From positions 32,769-96,768 of IMG/VR virus record IMGVR_UViG_3300026484_000351: 64,000 nt of DNA; one strand, written 5' to 3'. This DNA comes from a virus. Of this stretch, positions 29,026 through 39,945 are shown one piece after another (the stretch's first letter is position 1; each line of letters starts with the position of its first letter). The translations under genes were made by a program, and so were the position numbers. The notes beneath the pieces are model-generated. The model worked only from the letters and a program-made list of their open reading frames with translations. It made no database searches and had not been told where the DNA came from.

Positions 29026-30171
29026 ATGGGAATAAAATTTGCAACAATAGGAAATCAAGTAAATGTTTATGACTTAAATGAGGAAACATTTTCTGACTTT
29101 TTAAAACCAAGAGTTTACACACTAGAATATAGCCCAAGTTCAGGATTTTATTTAAGAATTTTTAAAGCAAAATTTGATACTCCAAAGAGGTTATATGGTA
29201 GTATTAAAAAAAGAGCAAGGAAGGTAATAGACACTTATAAGTCAAGAGTAAATAGCACGGGAGTTTTACTAACTGGGAATAAAGGTTCAGGTAAAACAAT
29301 GGTATCAGAATATATTGCAAACCAAATGATAAATGATGGCAAAGCAGTTATTTTAATAAATCAAAACTTTAATGGACAAAGTTTTACTAACTTTATTAAT
29401 ATGCTGGGTGAATGTGTTTTGTTTTTTGATGAGTTCGGAAAAACTTTTGAAACTCAAAATAACCCTAACTCTAATAGAAAAAATAACGACCAAAATGAGT
29501 TGCTAACTTTAATGGATGGAACATCTAGCCTTAAAAGAATGTTTCTTTTAACTGAAAATGAAAAAAGAAATATTAATGAGTACATGATTGATAGACCTAG
29601 TAGAATTTATTATCATTTTAAATATAATACATTAGAAGAATCTATTGTACATGAATATTGTGATGATTTTAAGATACCTGATGATAAAAAATATGAAATA
29701 ATTGAGGTTTCAAGACAAATAAGTCAATTTAGTTTTGATATTCTTAAGTGTATTGTTGATGAATACTTAAGATATGGTGGAACTATTACAAATATTGTTC
29801 AAGACTTAAATATCACTTATAAAGAAACAAAATTTGAATTAGTTCTTGAGAAATTTATTGAGAAAGAAACTAATAAAGAATTAAAAACAAAAACAAAAAC
29901 AATTGATTACGAAGATGATAAAACTTTTGAATTTAATGTAATATATTATCCACAGCCAAACCAACAAGAGGATCTTTTGCCAGAGTCAGATATGGAAGGG
30001 ATATTTGACAGAATAGATGAACCAGTAGAAGAAGGTTGTGATAGCACTTGGTTTAGAAGAGTTAATCTAACTTATAATATGAGAGATAATATGGTATTTG
30101 ATAATAAACATTATATAGTAATAGGCAGTCTTCAAGAGAAGACTGTTAAGTTTGACTATAAGTCTTTATAA
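29026..30171 (+). CDS. AAA family ATPase
   Basis: GNKGSGKT, FFDEFGK, LL.LMDG, RPSRI. Confidence 0.88.
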   Translation: MGIKFATIGNQVNVYDLNEETFSDFLKPRVYTLEYSPSSGFYLRIFKAKFDTPKRLYGSIKKRARKVIDTYKSRVNSTGVLLTGNKGSGKTMVSEYIANQMINDGKAVILINQNFNGQSFTNFINMLGECVLFFDEFGKTFETQNNPNSNRKNNDQNELLTLMDGTSSLKRMFLLTENEKRNINEYMIDRPSRIYYHFKYNTLEESIVHEYCDDFKIPDDKKYEIIEVSRQISQFSFDILKCIVDEYLRYGGTITNIVQDLNITYKETKFELVLEKFIEKETNKELKTKTKTIDYEDDKTFEFNVIYYPQPNQQEDLLPESDMEGIFDRIDEPVEEGCDSTWFRRVNLTYNMRDNMVFDNKHYIVIGSLQEKTVKFDYKSL

Positions 30172-30207
30172 TACGATTACACTCTTTAACCCACAGTTAA
30201 TCTTATT

Positions 30208-30228
30208 TTAAGGTTGTTATGTTATAAT
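30208..30228 (+). promoter_or_regulatory. Early-type promoter
   Basis: TTAAGGTTGTTATGTTATAAT. Confidence 0.85.
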
Positions 30229-30252
30229 TATATAAACAAAAAGGATAATATA

Positions 30253-30507
30253 ATGAAAAGAGCAACAGCTTGTAAAGTAAAACAATCAAATGGATTTGAA
30301 TTTGACTATGGCATTAAATTAAAAATTAATAGATTTTTTATTACTTGTGTTCATGTTCAACCATCGTGTGGAGTGACTCAGAAAAAGTTAAGAGAAGCTT
30401 ATATTAATAGTATTAACGCTTTTAATAAGAAAAATGATGCAATCGATTATATTAACAAAGAGATTGAAATGGGTTATTTAACTACAGAAGGGTTAATAGC
30501 TTTATAA
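30253..30507 (+). CDS. hypothetical protein
   Basis: Start moved to ATG behind AAGGA. Confidence 0.7.
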   Translation: MKRATACKVKQSNGFEFDYGIKLKINRFFITCVHVQPSCGVTQKKLREAYINSINAFNKKNDAIDYINKEIEMGYLTTEGLIAL

Positions 30508-30649
30508 AGGAAAGATTTTTTATATAACCGAGATAATAAATGGCAACAGAAAATATTGGGTTCAATTAAAATGCAGGAGACTTTTAAAGAAGCCTGTAAT
30601 GCATCTTTTGATAAGTATAAAATTAATAGACAGTTAGAGGAGAAAAGGA

Positions 30650-30871
30650 ATGAGTAATACAGATGTTATAAGATTTGAGGCAAAATTTAATTTAAAGTAC
30701 ATGAACGGCAATTATTTGTTAAGCGGTTTCACTCATATAAAAGGTATTCAGATGAATGAAAAAGAATTTGATATTGTTATGAGTTCTGGTATAGAACGAA
30801 TGAATGAAAAAGAGTGGAACGATTTTGTTGAAGATTATCCAGATTTACAAGAAACTATGAGGAAGTATTAA
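30650..30871 (+). CDS. hypothetical protein
   Basis: ORF. Confidence 0.6.
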   Translation: MSNTDVIRFEAKFNLKYMNGNYLLSGFTHIKGIQMNEKEFDIVMSSGIERMNEKEWNDFVEDYPDLQETMRKY

Positions 30872-31392
30872 TGAAATATTTAATGATTATAGTTGTTCCT
30901 TTTAGGGAACTTTTTAAAAAAATACCTAAACCTAGAAACTTAGGAAATTTGTTTTTTATGTTTATTTTTCCACCTGCACTTTTGTTGTTTATTGGTTGGA
31001 TTAGTTTAGCTGTCTTGCAAATTATATTGGCTATAACATTTATAGTTATAGTTATAGTTATTTTAGTATTACCCACAATTGGAGACAGTTGGAATAAAGA
31101 ATTTATAATGATGATAGTTATGTATATTATATCAGGAGTTGTTTTTTTAAATTCAGTTCAAATAAAAACTATTTCAGAATCAAAAAATGTTAATTTAACA
31201 GAAAATACAATAGAGTATAAAGGCTTTACAAAAGATGTAACATATAAAAGAGAAAATTGTAAAACTAAAAAATATAATTTAAAACATTATAGTTTAAATT
31301 TATATGGTATTTCTCAAGAAAGTATTAGTGTTACTTGTGTTAAAGCACCTAAAAAAATTCAAGAAATTAAAGAAATTAAAGAAATAAATTAA
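30871..31392 (+). CDS. membrane protein
   Basis: Three hydrophobic segments. Confidence 0.7.
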   Translation: MKYLMIIVVPFRELFKKIPKPRNLGNLFFMFIFPPALLLFIGWISLAVLQIILAITFIVIVIVILVLPTIGDSWNKEFIMMIVMYIISGVVFLNSVQIKTISESKNVNLTENTIEYKGFTKDVTYKRENCKTKKYNLKHYSLNLYGISQESISVTCVKAPKKIQEIKEIKEIN

Positions 31393-31402
31393 AAGGAAAA
31401 TA

Positions 31403-31978
31403 ATGAAAAAAATTAATACAGTAGAAACTCTTTGGGAATCACCAGGAAAAAATCACGAAGGGAAGCCTTTCTTTTCAGTAAAACAGTCAAGAGATTATTA
31501 CACCTATGGGGAAAGAGTGGGAAAAGATTCAATAGCATTTATTCTATATGATGACAAAATCAAGAAATTTGCCTTAATCCTAGAAAGTAAACCACCACTT
31601 GACACTGAAACAGAACTTTGTAAAATGACAACTGCATTTGGTGGAAGTATTGATATGGGTGAAAATACAACTTATCAAGAAATATGCCAAACAGAGGTAA
31701 AAGAGGAGGCAGGATATATAGTACCACTTGATAAAATTTATGATTGTGGAAAAACTCTTGTAAGTACTCAAATGTCACAAATGTGCTATACATATCTTGT
31801 AGATGTTACTGGAATTCAGAAAACAGAAATAGCTGAATATGAAACTAAAGATGAAAATAATGAATTTAACGGAAATGAAGTAAGATGGATGAATATAAAT
31901 GAAATGATGGATAATGGAGATTGGAAATCTATATATATTTGGACACAAGCTGTATATAAAGAAATAATTAAAAAATAG
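31403..31978 (+). CDS. Nudix hydrolase
   Basis: GGSID...EICQTEVKEEAGY Nudix-box variant. Confidence 0.8.
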   Translation: MKKINTVETLWESPGKNHEGKPFFSVKQSRDYYTYGERVGKDSIAFILYDDKIKKFALILESKPPLDTETELCKMTTAFGGSIDMGENTTYQEICQTEVKEEAGYIVPLDKIYDCGKTLVSTQMSQMCYTYLVDVTGIQKTEIAEYETKDENNEFNGNEVRWMNINEMMDNGDWKSIYIWTQAVYKEIIKK

Positions 31979-32067
31979 TTTGCTATTATATTCCAATTTA
32001 TTATTACTAATATCTAAAATTTGGAACTTTTGCCTTAGGGAGAAAATCTTAAAAAAGGAAAAATAAA

Positions 32068-32616
32068 ATGAGAAAAAATTTAATAGAATTTATTGGTTTA
32101 GTAATATTATATTTGGTAGTATTACTTTTTATAGTATTTGAAGAATTGCTATGGAAAAAAATAGGTTTACCAGTTCACTTAAAAATCAAATCACTAAAAA
32201 TTATGATGAGATTTGAAGAATGGGTTAAAGATGTAAACAATAGATATGTTCTTTTGACGGTATTTTTAGCACCTTTTGTGCTTATGGAAATTGTTGGTAC
32301 ACTTGGGATAATGGCAATAGGTAGTGGTGCTATTATCACCGGTCTTGGTTTTTATGTTATCAAGGGATTATTGACTATTCCAGTTGTAAGTATTTTTAAC
32401 ACAGGGAAAAAAGAACTTACATCTTTTCAGCTTATTAGACAAGGTTATTATGTGATTATTTGGTTTAAAAGAGACAGAACATACCGAAAAGCAAAAAGGG
32501 CAATTAAAGTTATTATAAAGAATTTATCAGAATTTTCAGAAGAAGTTTTTGATGGAGATGCCAGAATAAAAAATAGTTTTATAAAAATTTATAAAAATAT
32601 AAAGAAAGAATTATAA
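32068..32616 (+). CDS. membrane protein
   Basis: Multiple TM segments. Confidence 0.7.
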   Translation: MRKNLIEFIGLVILYLVVLLFIVFEELLWKKIGLPVHLKIKSLKIMMRFEEWVKDVNNRYVLLTVFLAPFVLMEIVGTLGIMAIGSGAIITGLGFYVIKGLLTIPVVSIFNTGKKELTSFQLIRQGYYVIIWFKRDRTYRKAKRAIKVIIKNLSEFSEEVFDGDARIKNSFIKIYKNIKKEL

Positions 32617-32627
32617 TTAATATTATT

Positions 32628-32648
32628 TTAAGGTCATTATGTTATAAT
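32628..32648 (+). promoter_or_regulatory. Early-type promoter
   Basis: TTAAGGTCATTATGTTATAAT. Confidence 0.85.
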
Positions 32649-32675
32649 TATACTATAACAAAGAAGGACTTTAAA

Positions 32676-33281
32676 ATGAGAGTAATAGAAATAGAAATAG
32701 AAATTGGTACTTATATGGAATGGAAAGCAGTAAATGATAGTGTTGCAGAAAAAATTTTAGAAATAAACAGAGATATTAATACTGACTATGATTGGTATTC
32801 TTGTTCTATAGAAAAATTTTGTGAAAATATTAAAAAAATTGGTTTTGAAACAGATTTTGAAGAAGTTCAATTTACAGGTTTTTACTCTCAAGGTGACGGT
32901 GCAAGTTTTACAAGTTCGATTGACATATTAGAATACTTAAAAGGAACAAAACAACTCACAAAGTATTCAGCTTTAAGAAGAGCAATAGATAATGATAAAA
33001 TTGAAAACCGTGTTTGTATTGTAAGAGACTCTTATCATTATAGTCACGAAAATACCTGCTCTGTAGAACAAATCGATGTTTATACTGATAATATTACAGA
33101 TTTAGTTGACTCACAAATTGCTGAATTAGAATGCGAATTAGAGGAAAAAAGATTAGAATTAAGCACAGAACTATATAGAGAACTTTATAATGAATATGAA
33201 TATTTATGTTCAGATAAAGCGTTAATTGAAACCTTTGTTACAAATGAGTATGAATTCGATAAAGATGGTGATATGGTTTGA
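32676..33281 (+). CDS. acidic hypothetical phage protein
   Basis: ORF after promoter; FTGFYSQGDGASF motif. Confidence 0.75.
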   Translation: MRVIEIEIEIGTYMEWKAVNDSVAEKILEINRDINTDYDWYSCSIEKFCENIKKIGFETDFEEVQFTGFYSQGDGASFTSSIDILEYLKGTKQLTKYSALRRAIDNDKIENRVCIVRDSYHYSHENTCSVEQIDVYTDNITDLVDSQIAELECELEEKRLELSTELYRELYNEYEYLCSDKALIETFVTNEYEFDKDGDMV

Positions 33282-33305
33282 ATAAATATATATAAAGGAA
33301 TTAAT

Positions 33306-33968
33306 ATGGAAAAGTTTAAAGAATATTTAGAAAATAATGAATATGGTAAAATAGATGAATCTGGAGCAGGTATAGCAAGAGTATTATCTAAATTAGAATC
33401 GGGAGATGACTTTTTAATAATTACAGCTTTTAGAGGTAATTTAACAAAAAAAGAGAATCAGTCAAATAATAATAAATTGATTAAAGATTTAAGAACGCAA
33501 GTAGGCAAAAAAATTGGTGCTTATAAATTAGTTGGCCATTGGAAAGAGTGTTCAGAACCACTAAAAGATGACGAAAAAATAAACGATTGTAAAGGTTTAA
33601 TAAAAGATTCATTAGAGGAAAGTTGGCTAATAATAAGACCTTCTACTATTAGCCAAGAAATCTTTATAAAAGTTGCGAATAATATAGCCAGAAAATTTGA
33701 ACAGGACGCTTATGTTATTAGAATTAATAATAAATTAACCCTTAATGGTAAAGATGGAACAGAATGGGGAGATTTGGGTAAAGCAGATAAAAAATCTATT
33801 TCTAATGGTTTTGGCAGAATATTAGGTATTCAAGGATATTCTGAATTAAAGAAAAATAGAAGTAAGGGCAAAAATATTAATATAATATTTGAAGATATTA
33901 ATATAAAAGTTCCTGATAATACAATCTCTTCAAAAAGACTATTTGATTATGCTAAAATACTATATTAA
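33306..33968 (+). CDS. putative capsid-packaged internal protein
   Basis: N-terminus MEKFKEYLE...IDE-S resembles the T4 capsid targeting sequence; AATAAATA upstream. Confidence 0.5.
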   Translation: MEKFKEYLENNEYGKIDESGAGIARVLSKLESGDDFLIITAFRGNLTKKENQSNNNKLIKDLRTQVGKKIGAYKLVGHWKECSEPLKDDEKINDCKGLIKDSLEESWLIIRPSTISQEIFIKVANNIARKFEQDAYVIRINNKLTLNGKDGTEWGDLGKADKKSISNGFGRILGIQGYSELKKNRSKGKNINIIFEDINIKVPDNTISSKRLFDYAKILY

Positions 33969-34182
33969 GGAGAATAAAATGACATATATAAACACGATTA
34001 TAATTAACTTATATTTAAATTGGATATATCCTATATGTAGTACAATAGGATTAAAATAATTAAGTAAAGTTAGGATATTATATCCTATAAGAAATGAAAG
34101 AATGACAGTGTCTAAACAGGGTTTTAGGCTTATATTTTATGACAGGGTTCATAGCAAAAAATATAAAAAGAAGGATTCAAAA

Positions 34183-35670
34183 ATGAATACAAACAACAGA
34201 AAAACAAACAACACAGTAACAGGTTCTCCAAGAATTACGGATTTCACACCATATATGAATAGAGAAAACAGAGTTATGTACGCAGACTCTTACAAATACT
34301 CACACGCATTTCAATATCCAACAATGAGTTCGATGTTTGACTATATGTCAAGTAGAGGCGGAGTATATCCAGCAACGATATTCGTAGGTGGACAAATAAT
34401 TTCTAAAAAATTTACAGCACCAATAGAACAATGGGAAGTAGATGAAGCATTTGCTGATGCACAAGCTCATGGAGTTTCCTTTGATGTTGAAGGTTGGGAT
34501 TATATAGTTCAAACACTTAAAGGTAAAATTCCAGTAAGAATTAAATCAGTTGAAGAAGGAAAACTTATTCCAGTAAATATGGTACTTATGACTTTTGAAA
34601 GTACAGATCCAAAAGTAGCATGGATTGCAGGTTGGATGGAAACAGTATATATGAAAGTATGGTACCCAACGACAGTAGCAACAAAATCTTACTTTGTAAG
34701 AGAAATGCTTGAGGAATTTGGTTCACCAGAATGGGCTCAATTTGCTTTTCACAATTTTGGGGATAGAAGTTCAAGTTCAGTAGAATCAGCAGCAATAGGT
34801 GGGTTTGCACATAGTTCAATTTTTATGGGAACAGATAACTTTAACAGTCTTAGATTTTGTAGAAATATGTACGGAATGAAAAATATAGCAAGTTACTCAG
34901 TATTTGCAACAGAACACAGCACTACAACTGCAAATGCGGATGGCTCAACAAAGAAAGAAATCGTATTTATTGAAAGAATGCTTATTGAAAATCCAGATGC
35001 TCCAATAATGAGTTTTGTTGCGGATAGTTACGATGTGTTTAATTTTACAGATAAAGTAACAGCACCTAGTTCTTGGATTAGAGAAACAATAGAGTCAAGA
35101 CCAAACCAAAAATTTATAATTAGACCAGATTCAGGAAAAGCAAAAAAAGTTATTAAACAAATGATTGAGATTATGGACTCTAATGGAGTATTCGATATTG
35201 AGATTATGGGCCAAGATGGTATAATGAGAAAAGCATCAAGTAATTATGGTATTCTTTGGGGAGATGGTATTACACCAAAAACAATTAAAAAAATCCTTAA
35301 AATGGTAATCAAAATGGGATATGCAGCAGAGAATATGGTTTTTGGTTCTGGTGGTGATATTATGCAAAATCTAAATCGTGATTCTCAAAGATTCGCCATC
35401 AAATGTTCAAGTATTACAAGACCAGATGGAACAGAACAAGATGTATTTAAAAACCCAATTACAGACCCATCAAAAGCGTCTAAGAAAGGTAGGATTACAA
35501 CAGTATATGATGTAATTTCTAAACAATACAGAGTTGATAGAATTGAAAACTCAGATGGAAATGGTGTATTCGGTGGAAATGAAATAGATGCACTTGTAAC
35601 AGTATTTGAAAATGGTGCTATGGTAAGAGAATTTACTATGGATGAAATTAGAAAAAATACGAGAGGTTAA
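34183..35670 (+). CDS. nadV: nicotinamide phosphoribosyltransferase (Nampt)
   Basis: DSYKYSH, HNFGDR, ATEHS, VADSYD, IRPDSG, GDGI, FGSGG, RD..RFA.KCS, K.SKKG; start at ATG behind AAGGA. Confidence 0.92.
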   Translation: MNTNNRKTNNTVTGSPRITDFTPYMNRENRVMYADSYKYSHAFQYPTMSSMFDYMSSRGGVYPATIFVGGQIISKKFTAPIEQWEVDEAFADAQAHGVSFDVEGWDYIVQTLKGKIPVRIKSVEEGKLIPVNMVLMTFESTDPKVAWIAGWMETVYMKVWYPTTVATKSYFVREMLEEFGSPEWAQFAFHNFGDRSSSSVESAAIGGFAHSSIFMGTDNFNSLRFCRNMYGMKNIASYSVFATEHSTTTANADGSTKKEIVFIERMLIENPDAPIMSFVADSYDVFNFTDKVTAPSSWIRETIESRPNQKFIIRPDSGKAKKVIKQMIEIMDSNGVFDIEIMGQDGIMRKASSNYGILWGDGITPKTIKKILKMVIKMGYAAENMVFGSGGDIMQNLNRDSQRFAIKCSSITRPDGTEQDVFKNPITDPSKASKKGRITTVYDVISKQYRVDRIENSDGNGVFGGNEIDALVTVFENGAMVREFTMDEIRKNTRG

Positions 35671-35672
35671 TT

Positions 35673-36080
35673 ATGGGATTTTTTGGTAACTTTAATAGTT
35701 TTAGTAATACGATATCACATAGTAATACTTCTGGTACAGTTTTTAGTACCGGGAGTGCAATACAAATCAATGGACAAGATTTTAGCGGTGGAAATGTATC
35801 AATTATAAACGGAAAAGTAATAATTGATGGAGAAGAAGTTCAATATGAAAATAATTCTTCACAAATTAATATAGTTGTACAGGGAAATTGTGGAGATATT
35901 ACTTCAGACAATGGGAATATAACAGTTAATCAAAATACTAATAATGTTGAAAGCAAAAATGGTACGATTAATATTAAAGGTTCTGTTGGTGGAAGCGTTG
36001 AAAATAAAAACGGTAATATCAAAGTTTATGGAAATGTACAAGGAAATTGTACAACTAAGAATGGTAATATTTCAAAATAA
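35673..36080 (+). CDS. beta-solenoid repeat protein (DUF4097-like)
   Basis: Repeated (S/T)xNGxI.(V/I).G units. Confidence 0.6.
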   Translation: MGFFGNFNSFSNTISHSNTSGTVFSTGSAIQINGQDFSGGNVSIINGKVIIDGEEVQYENNSSQINIVVQGNCGDITSDNGNITVNQNTNNVESKNGTINIKGSVGGSVENKNGNIKVYGNVQGNCTTKNGNISK

Positions 36081-36094
36081 AATTAAGGAGACAA

Positions 36095-36361
36095 ATGTTT
36101 ATAGTTATTAAAAATACAGAATTGGGTGATATGCCCTTAATGATACCTGATGATGTTACCTTTTGGGTTAATTCTAATTTAACAAATAAAACATTAAAAG
36201 TTTATATTTACTTTACAAATATAACTACTAAAGAATTAAAATATGAGTTTGAAACACTTGATTTTCTAAAGGAAGCAGCAAATGATGTTTCAAGACAAGT
36301 CCTGGAAATTCAAAAAAGAATAAATAATAAGACTTTTTTTGAAGGTAGGAAAGCAATTTAA
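36095..36361 (+). CDS. hypothetical protein
   Basis: ORF with RBS. Confidence 0.65.
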   Translation: MFIVIKNTELGDMPLMIPDDVTFWVNSNLTNKTLKVYIYFTNITTKELKYEFETLDFLKEAANDVSRQVLEIQKRINNKTFFEGRKAI

Positions 36362-36380
36362 GTAATCTAAGGAGATTATT

Positions 36381-37205
36381 ATGGGATACAATATAAGGCA
36401 AAGAGTAAATGCACTTTCAAAAGAATTTAAATATTCTGCAGAACAAGAAAAAGAACTCGAATATTTTGTAAATATTCACTGTGAACTTTATGGTAAAAGT
36501 GTTGCAAATAAATATGAAGATATTTTTTCTGATTTTAAACAGAACAGAAAACTAAAATACACAAATGAACAAGATTATTCAGCAATGGATTATATTGATT
36601 ATTACTTTAGAAAATACTTTGAAAATAAAAAGGAATATGGTGTATTTGTGGGACGATGCATGCCATTTACAAATGGGCATAATGCAATTATTCAAGATAT
36701 TATCAGAGATGGGAAGATTCCCATTATGATACTTGGTGGTAAGGGCAAAAATGATGAAAGGCACCCACTTTCATATGAAGATCGTGTAAGAATAATTAAA
36801 AAAGTTTATGCGATGGATGGAATAGTCTTTATTGGACTTGAAGATAAAAATAATTGGACTGATTGGTATAATTCTGTAAAACAGGGTTTTATTGATAAAG
36901 GAATCCAAAAAGAACAGATAACGCTTTATAGTCACAATAAAGAAGTAGATAGAACAGATTTTGAATACAGAGGAAAACACTATAAATCAGAACATTATAC
37001 AATAATGTTCAAAGAAAATGGGGTAAAAATAAAAGAACTTTCAGAAGTTCTTTGTTCTGAAGGTAGGGTAATTCATGCTAGTGATGTCAGAAAAGAAGAA
37101 GAAGTGGCAAAAAGAAACTTAGATGCTAGAATATATAGAATTCTAAAGGAAAAATATGAATGGTGGTCAGGTGCCAATAACAGAAACAATAGTGAAAGGA
37201 TATAA
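36381..37205 (+). CDS. NMN adenylyltransferase-like (cytidylyltransferase fold)
   Basis: GVFVGR.MPFTNGH, PLSYEDR..II, W, IHASDVR; close to Nampt. Confidence 0.8.
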   Translation: MGYNIRQRVNALSKEFKYSAEQEKELEYFVNIHCELYGKSVANKYEDIFSDFKQNRKLKYTNEQDYSAMDYIDYYFRKYFENKKEYGVFVGRCMPFTNGHNAIIQDIIRDGKIPIMILGGKGKNDERHPLSYEDRVRIIKKVYAMDGIVFIGLEDKNNWTDWYNSVKQGFIDKGIQKEQITLYSHNKEVDRTDFEYRGKHYKSEHYTIMFKENGVKIKELSEVLCSEGRVIHASDVRKEEEVAKRNLDARIYRILKEKYEWWSGANNRNNSERI

Positions 37206-37460
37206 ATGGTAATGGGTAAACAAATAAGAACAATAGGGTTAGTATTAAGTGATTATTGGTTATTGGTATTAATCGGATTTTATTTAATTATATTTTTAAG
37301 TTTTCCTACTATCAATTACAAATATTCCGTAGCAGCACCCGGTTTCTCAATGAGAGGTGTTGATACCTTTGTAGAAGATAACGAAAGTAAAACACTTGAT
37401 TTTAATAAAAATGGAAAGCATTATAAATTTGTAGGAACTTACGAAATTAGAACCAATTAA
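37206..37460 (+). CDS. small membrane protein
   Basis: One TM segment. Confidence 0.6.
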   Translation: MVMGKQIRTIGLVLSDYWLLVLIGFYLIIFLSFPTINYKYSVAAPGFSMRGVDTFVEDNESKTLDFNKNGKHYKFVGTYEIRTN

Positions 37461-37467
37461 TTTCGTC

Positions 37468-37488
37468 TTAAGGTTATTATGTTATAAT
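37468..37488 (+). promoter_or_regulatory. Early-type promoter
   Basis: TTAAGGTTATTATGTTATAAT, identical to 251-271. Confidence 0.88.
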
Positions 37489-37517
37489 TATATTATATAA
37501 AAAGACGGATAATAAAA

Positions 37518-37889
37518 ATGATAATTAAAATAACAAATGAAAAAGAGCGAATAAACGCACAAGAGATGGTGGATTTATTAGGAATAACATTATTTGATGA
37601 ATTACAAATAGCAGAGTTTATACTAGATAAAGAAAATACTTTAAGATTAGTTAAACAAGATAACAACACTATGACGCCTTCAGAAGTAATAGAAGAAGTA
37701 AAAAGAATGGCAGACTTAATTACTGAAAATGACAAAGCAGAAAGAAAAGCAATTAAAAATAAAAATTGGGATTTGGCTTTACCATTAGAAGAGAGTAAAT
37801 TAGCACTTAAATACAAAGATGATTTTTCATTTAAATACAATGTTTTTTATGCAGAAGTATTAGATAGAATGTACAAAAGGGAAATATAA
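37518..37889 (+). CDS. hypothetical protein
   Basis: ORF after promoter. Confidence 0.7.
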   Translation: MIIKITNEKERINAQEMVDLLGITLFDELQIAEFILDKENTLRLVKQDNNTMTPSEVIEEVKRMADLITENDKAERKAIKNKNWDLALPLEESKLALKYKDDFSFKYNVFYAEVLDRMYKREI

Positions 37890-37961
37890 GAAGTTCCAGA
37901 TTTTGACAGAAATATAGCCCAACAATATAAACAATATAAAATGAAAGTCTAAAAGGAAATT

Positions 37962-38465
37962 ATGATGGATAATATAATTATTAATAATCTATTAATAAAT
38001 AAAGAACAAATAACAAAAATAGAATATAAGATGGAATATAATAAAATTTCAGGTATTTTATATACTATTAGTCCTTTCTTATGTTATTATAAAGATGATG
38101 AAGGTTATAACCATAAAAGATATATTCGCTCAAATAGTGTATGGCATGAAGAATATATAGAAGGCGAAGAAGTTAATAAAATGTATAATGAAATTCAGAA
38201 GTTCCAAGCACAAACAAATTTTATCGAGTCATCCGGAAGTGTTTACGCTTGGATTGAACTTTCTTCGGGTGCAGAAATAAAGACAAATATTTTTAAATTT
38301 AAAAACGAAAGATGGTTTGATAGATTTAGAACACATGAAAGCGTTTTTCCTATAACAGAAAAACGTGAAGGTATAGAATTTAAATCTGAAGATATTAATA
38401 TTGAATATATAAGTGATTTAATATTTAAGAACAAAAAGCATAAAGTAACAAAAAGGGAAATATAA
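37962..38465 (+). CDS. hypothetical protein
   Basis: ORF with RBS. Confidence 0.7.
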   Translation: MMDNIIINNLLINKEQITKIEYKMEYNKISGILYTISPFLCYYKDDEGYNHKRYIRSNSVWHEEYIEGEEVNKMYNEIQKFQAQTNFIESSGSVYAWIELSSGAEIKTNIFKFKNERWFDRFRTHESVFPITEKREGIEFKSEDINIEYISDLIFKNKKHKVTKREI

Positions 38466-39307
38466 TGGGAAAAATAAAAAAATGTCCAAAATGTGGAAAT
38501 ACAACAGATTTAGGAATGGATAGAAGCCCTTGGGGAAAGAGTTACTGTAATGTTTGTGGTTTTTCTGGACCTCATGCTTTATTATATACTAAGGAAATAA
38601 AAGATAACCTTTATATTAAAGACGAATATGATAAAAATAAATATATTAATGCCAATGAATCAATTATCATTGCTCAAGGCGGAGATGGTACAATGCTTAA
38701 AGCAATTAATAAGTTCCGGCATTTAAATAAACCATTTTATGGGATTGGAGTGGGCACAGAAAACTTTCTTATGAACCCTGCAAGTGATACTGATATTTGC
38801 GAAACAGCAAAATATAAAAAATTTAATCTAATTAAAATTAAGGTATATTATAAATCCTCCCATAGATTTCATGACGGAACTCATTCTGAAATAATTAAGG
38901 AGTTTCAAGCATTTAATGAAGTTATGATGGGCGGAGACATGAACACTTGGGCAGAATACAATGTTCATGATAAAGATAAGATTATAGGTAAGTTTAAAGG
39001 TGGAGGGGTTTCAATTTGTACAGCTCAGGGTAGTACAGGATTTAATATGGGGAACGGTGGTTCAGTTCTTCCATTAAGTTCAGACCAATGGTTTGTAACT
39101 TCAGCATTTTCAAAAAGAAATATTAAAGTTCCAATTGAACCAAAAAGAACCTCAATAACAGTGGAAAGTAGGAGCCCAATAACAGTATGGGTAGATGGAC
39201 AAAATCATATTATTGAAAATGTACAAAAGATAGAAATTTCTAAAGGTGATATTGTTACTGTTATCTTTAATGATTATGAAGCATTTAAGAGAAAAAGGAG
39301 AGTATAA
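38465..39307 (+). CDS. nadK: NAD kinase with N-terminal zinc ribbon
   Basis: GGDGTML, GI..GT.NFL, AFNEV, G.GV.I.T..GSTGFN...GG, VDG; CPKC...CNVC. Confidence 0.85.
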   Translation: MGKIKKCPKCGNTTDLGMDRSPWGKSYCNVCGFSGPHALLYTKEIKDNLYIKDEYDKNKYINANESIIIAQGGDGTMLKAINKFRHLNKPFYGIGVGTENFLMNPASDTDICETAKYKKFNLIKIKVYYKSSHRFHDGTHSEIIKEFQAFNEVMMGGDMNTWAEYNVHDKDKIIGKFKGGGVSICTAQGSTGFNMGNGGSVLPLSSDQWFVTSAFSKRNIKVPIEPKRTSITVESRSPITVWVDGQNHIIENVQKIEISKGDIVTVIFNDYEAFKRKRRV

Positions 39308-39480
39308 ATGAAAAAATTGCCATATATAGTTGATAATGAAACAGAAATAAATATAGTGTTGGAAAAGGGAATAGAATCAATTCAAATGAACGCCATTATG
39401 AAGGATAAACAATATAAAAAACATTTTATTTTTCCTGAGAAAAATTCAGAAGATTTTGAAATAGTTATAAGGAAAATAAA

Positions 39481-39945
39481 ATGATTAGAGTAATTTACGC
39501 ACAAGAGGAACTAGATGCTCTTGATAATTGTAATTTAATTTTATTCCTTGCTGGACCAACACCAAGAGATGAAAACACTAAAAGCTGGAGACAAGAATTT
39601 TTAAAAGTTCTTGAGGATTCCGATTTTCATGGAACAGTCCTTATTCCGGAAATGAGAAACCCTAAAGATTGGAAAGAAAATTTTGCTTATGATAAACAAA
39701 TTGAATGGGAACATAATGCAATGGGAATAGCAACTGATATAATCTTTTGGATACCTAGAGAGTTAAAAAAGATGCCCGCATTCACTACTAACATAGAGTT
39801 TGGGTATTGGTTAGCGAAAGACTATAATAAAATGATAGTTGGTTTTCCTGAAGGAACTCCTAAGAATGATTATATTAAATACCAATGCATAAAAAATAGA
39901 ATTCCATTATTTAAAGATATGAAATCTCTTGCAGAGTATTTATGA
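39481..39945 (+). CDS. nucleoside 2-deoxyribosyltransferase-like protein
   Basis: FLAGP, WR, QIEWE, I.FW, TTNIEFG. Confidence 0.8.
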   Translation: MIRVIYAQEELDALDNCNLILFLAGPTPRDENTKSWRQEFLKVLEDSDFHGTVLIPEMRNPKDWKENFAYDKQIEWEHNAMGIATDIIFWIPRELKKMPAFTTNIEFGYWLAKDYNKMIVGFPEGTPKNDYIKYQCIKNRIPLFKDMKSLAEYL

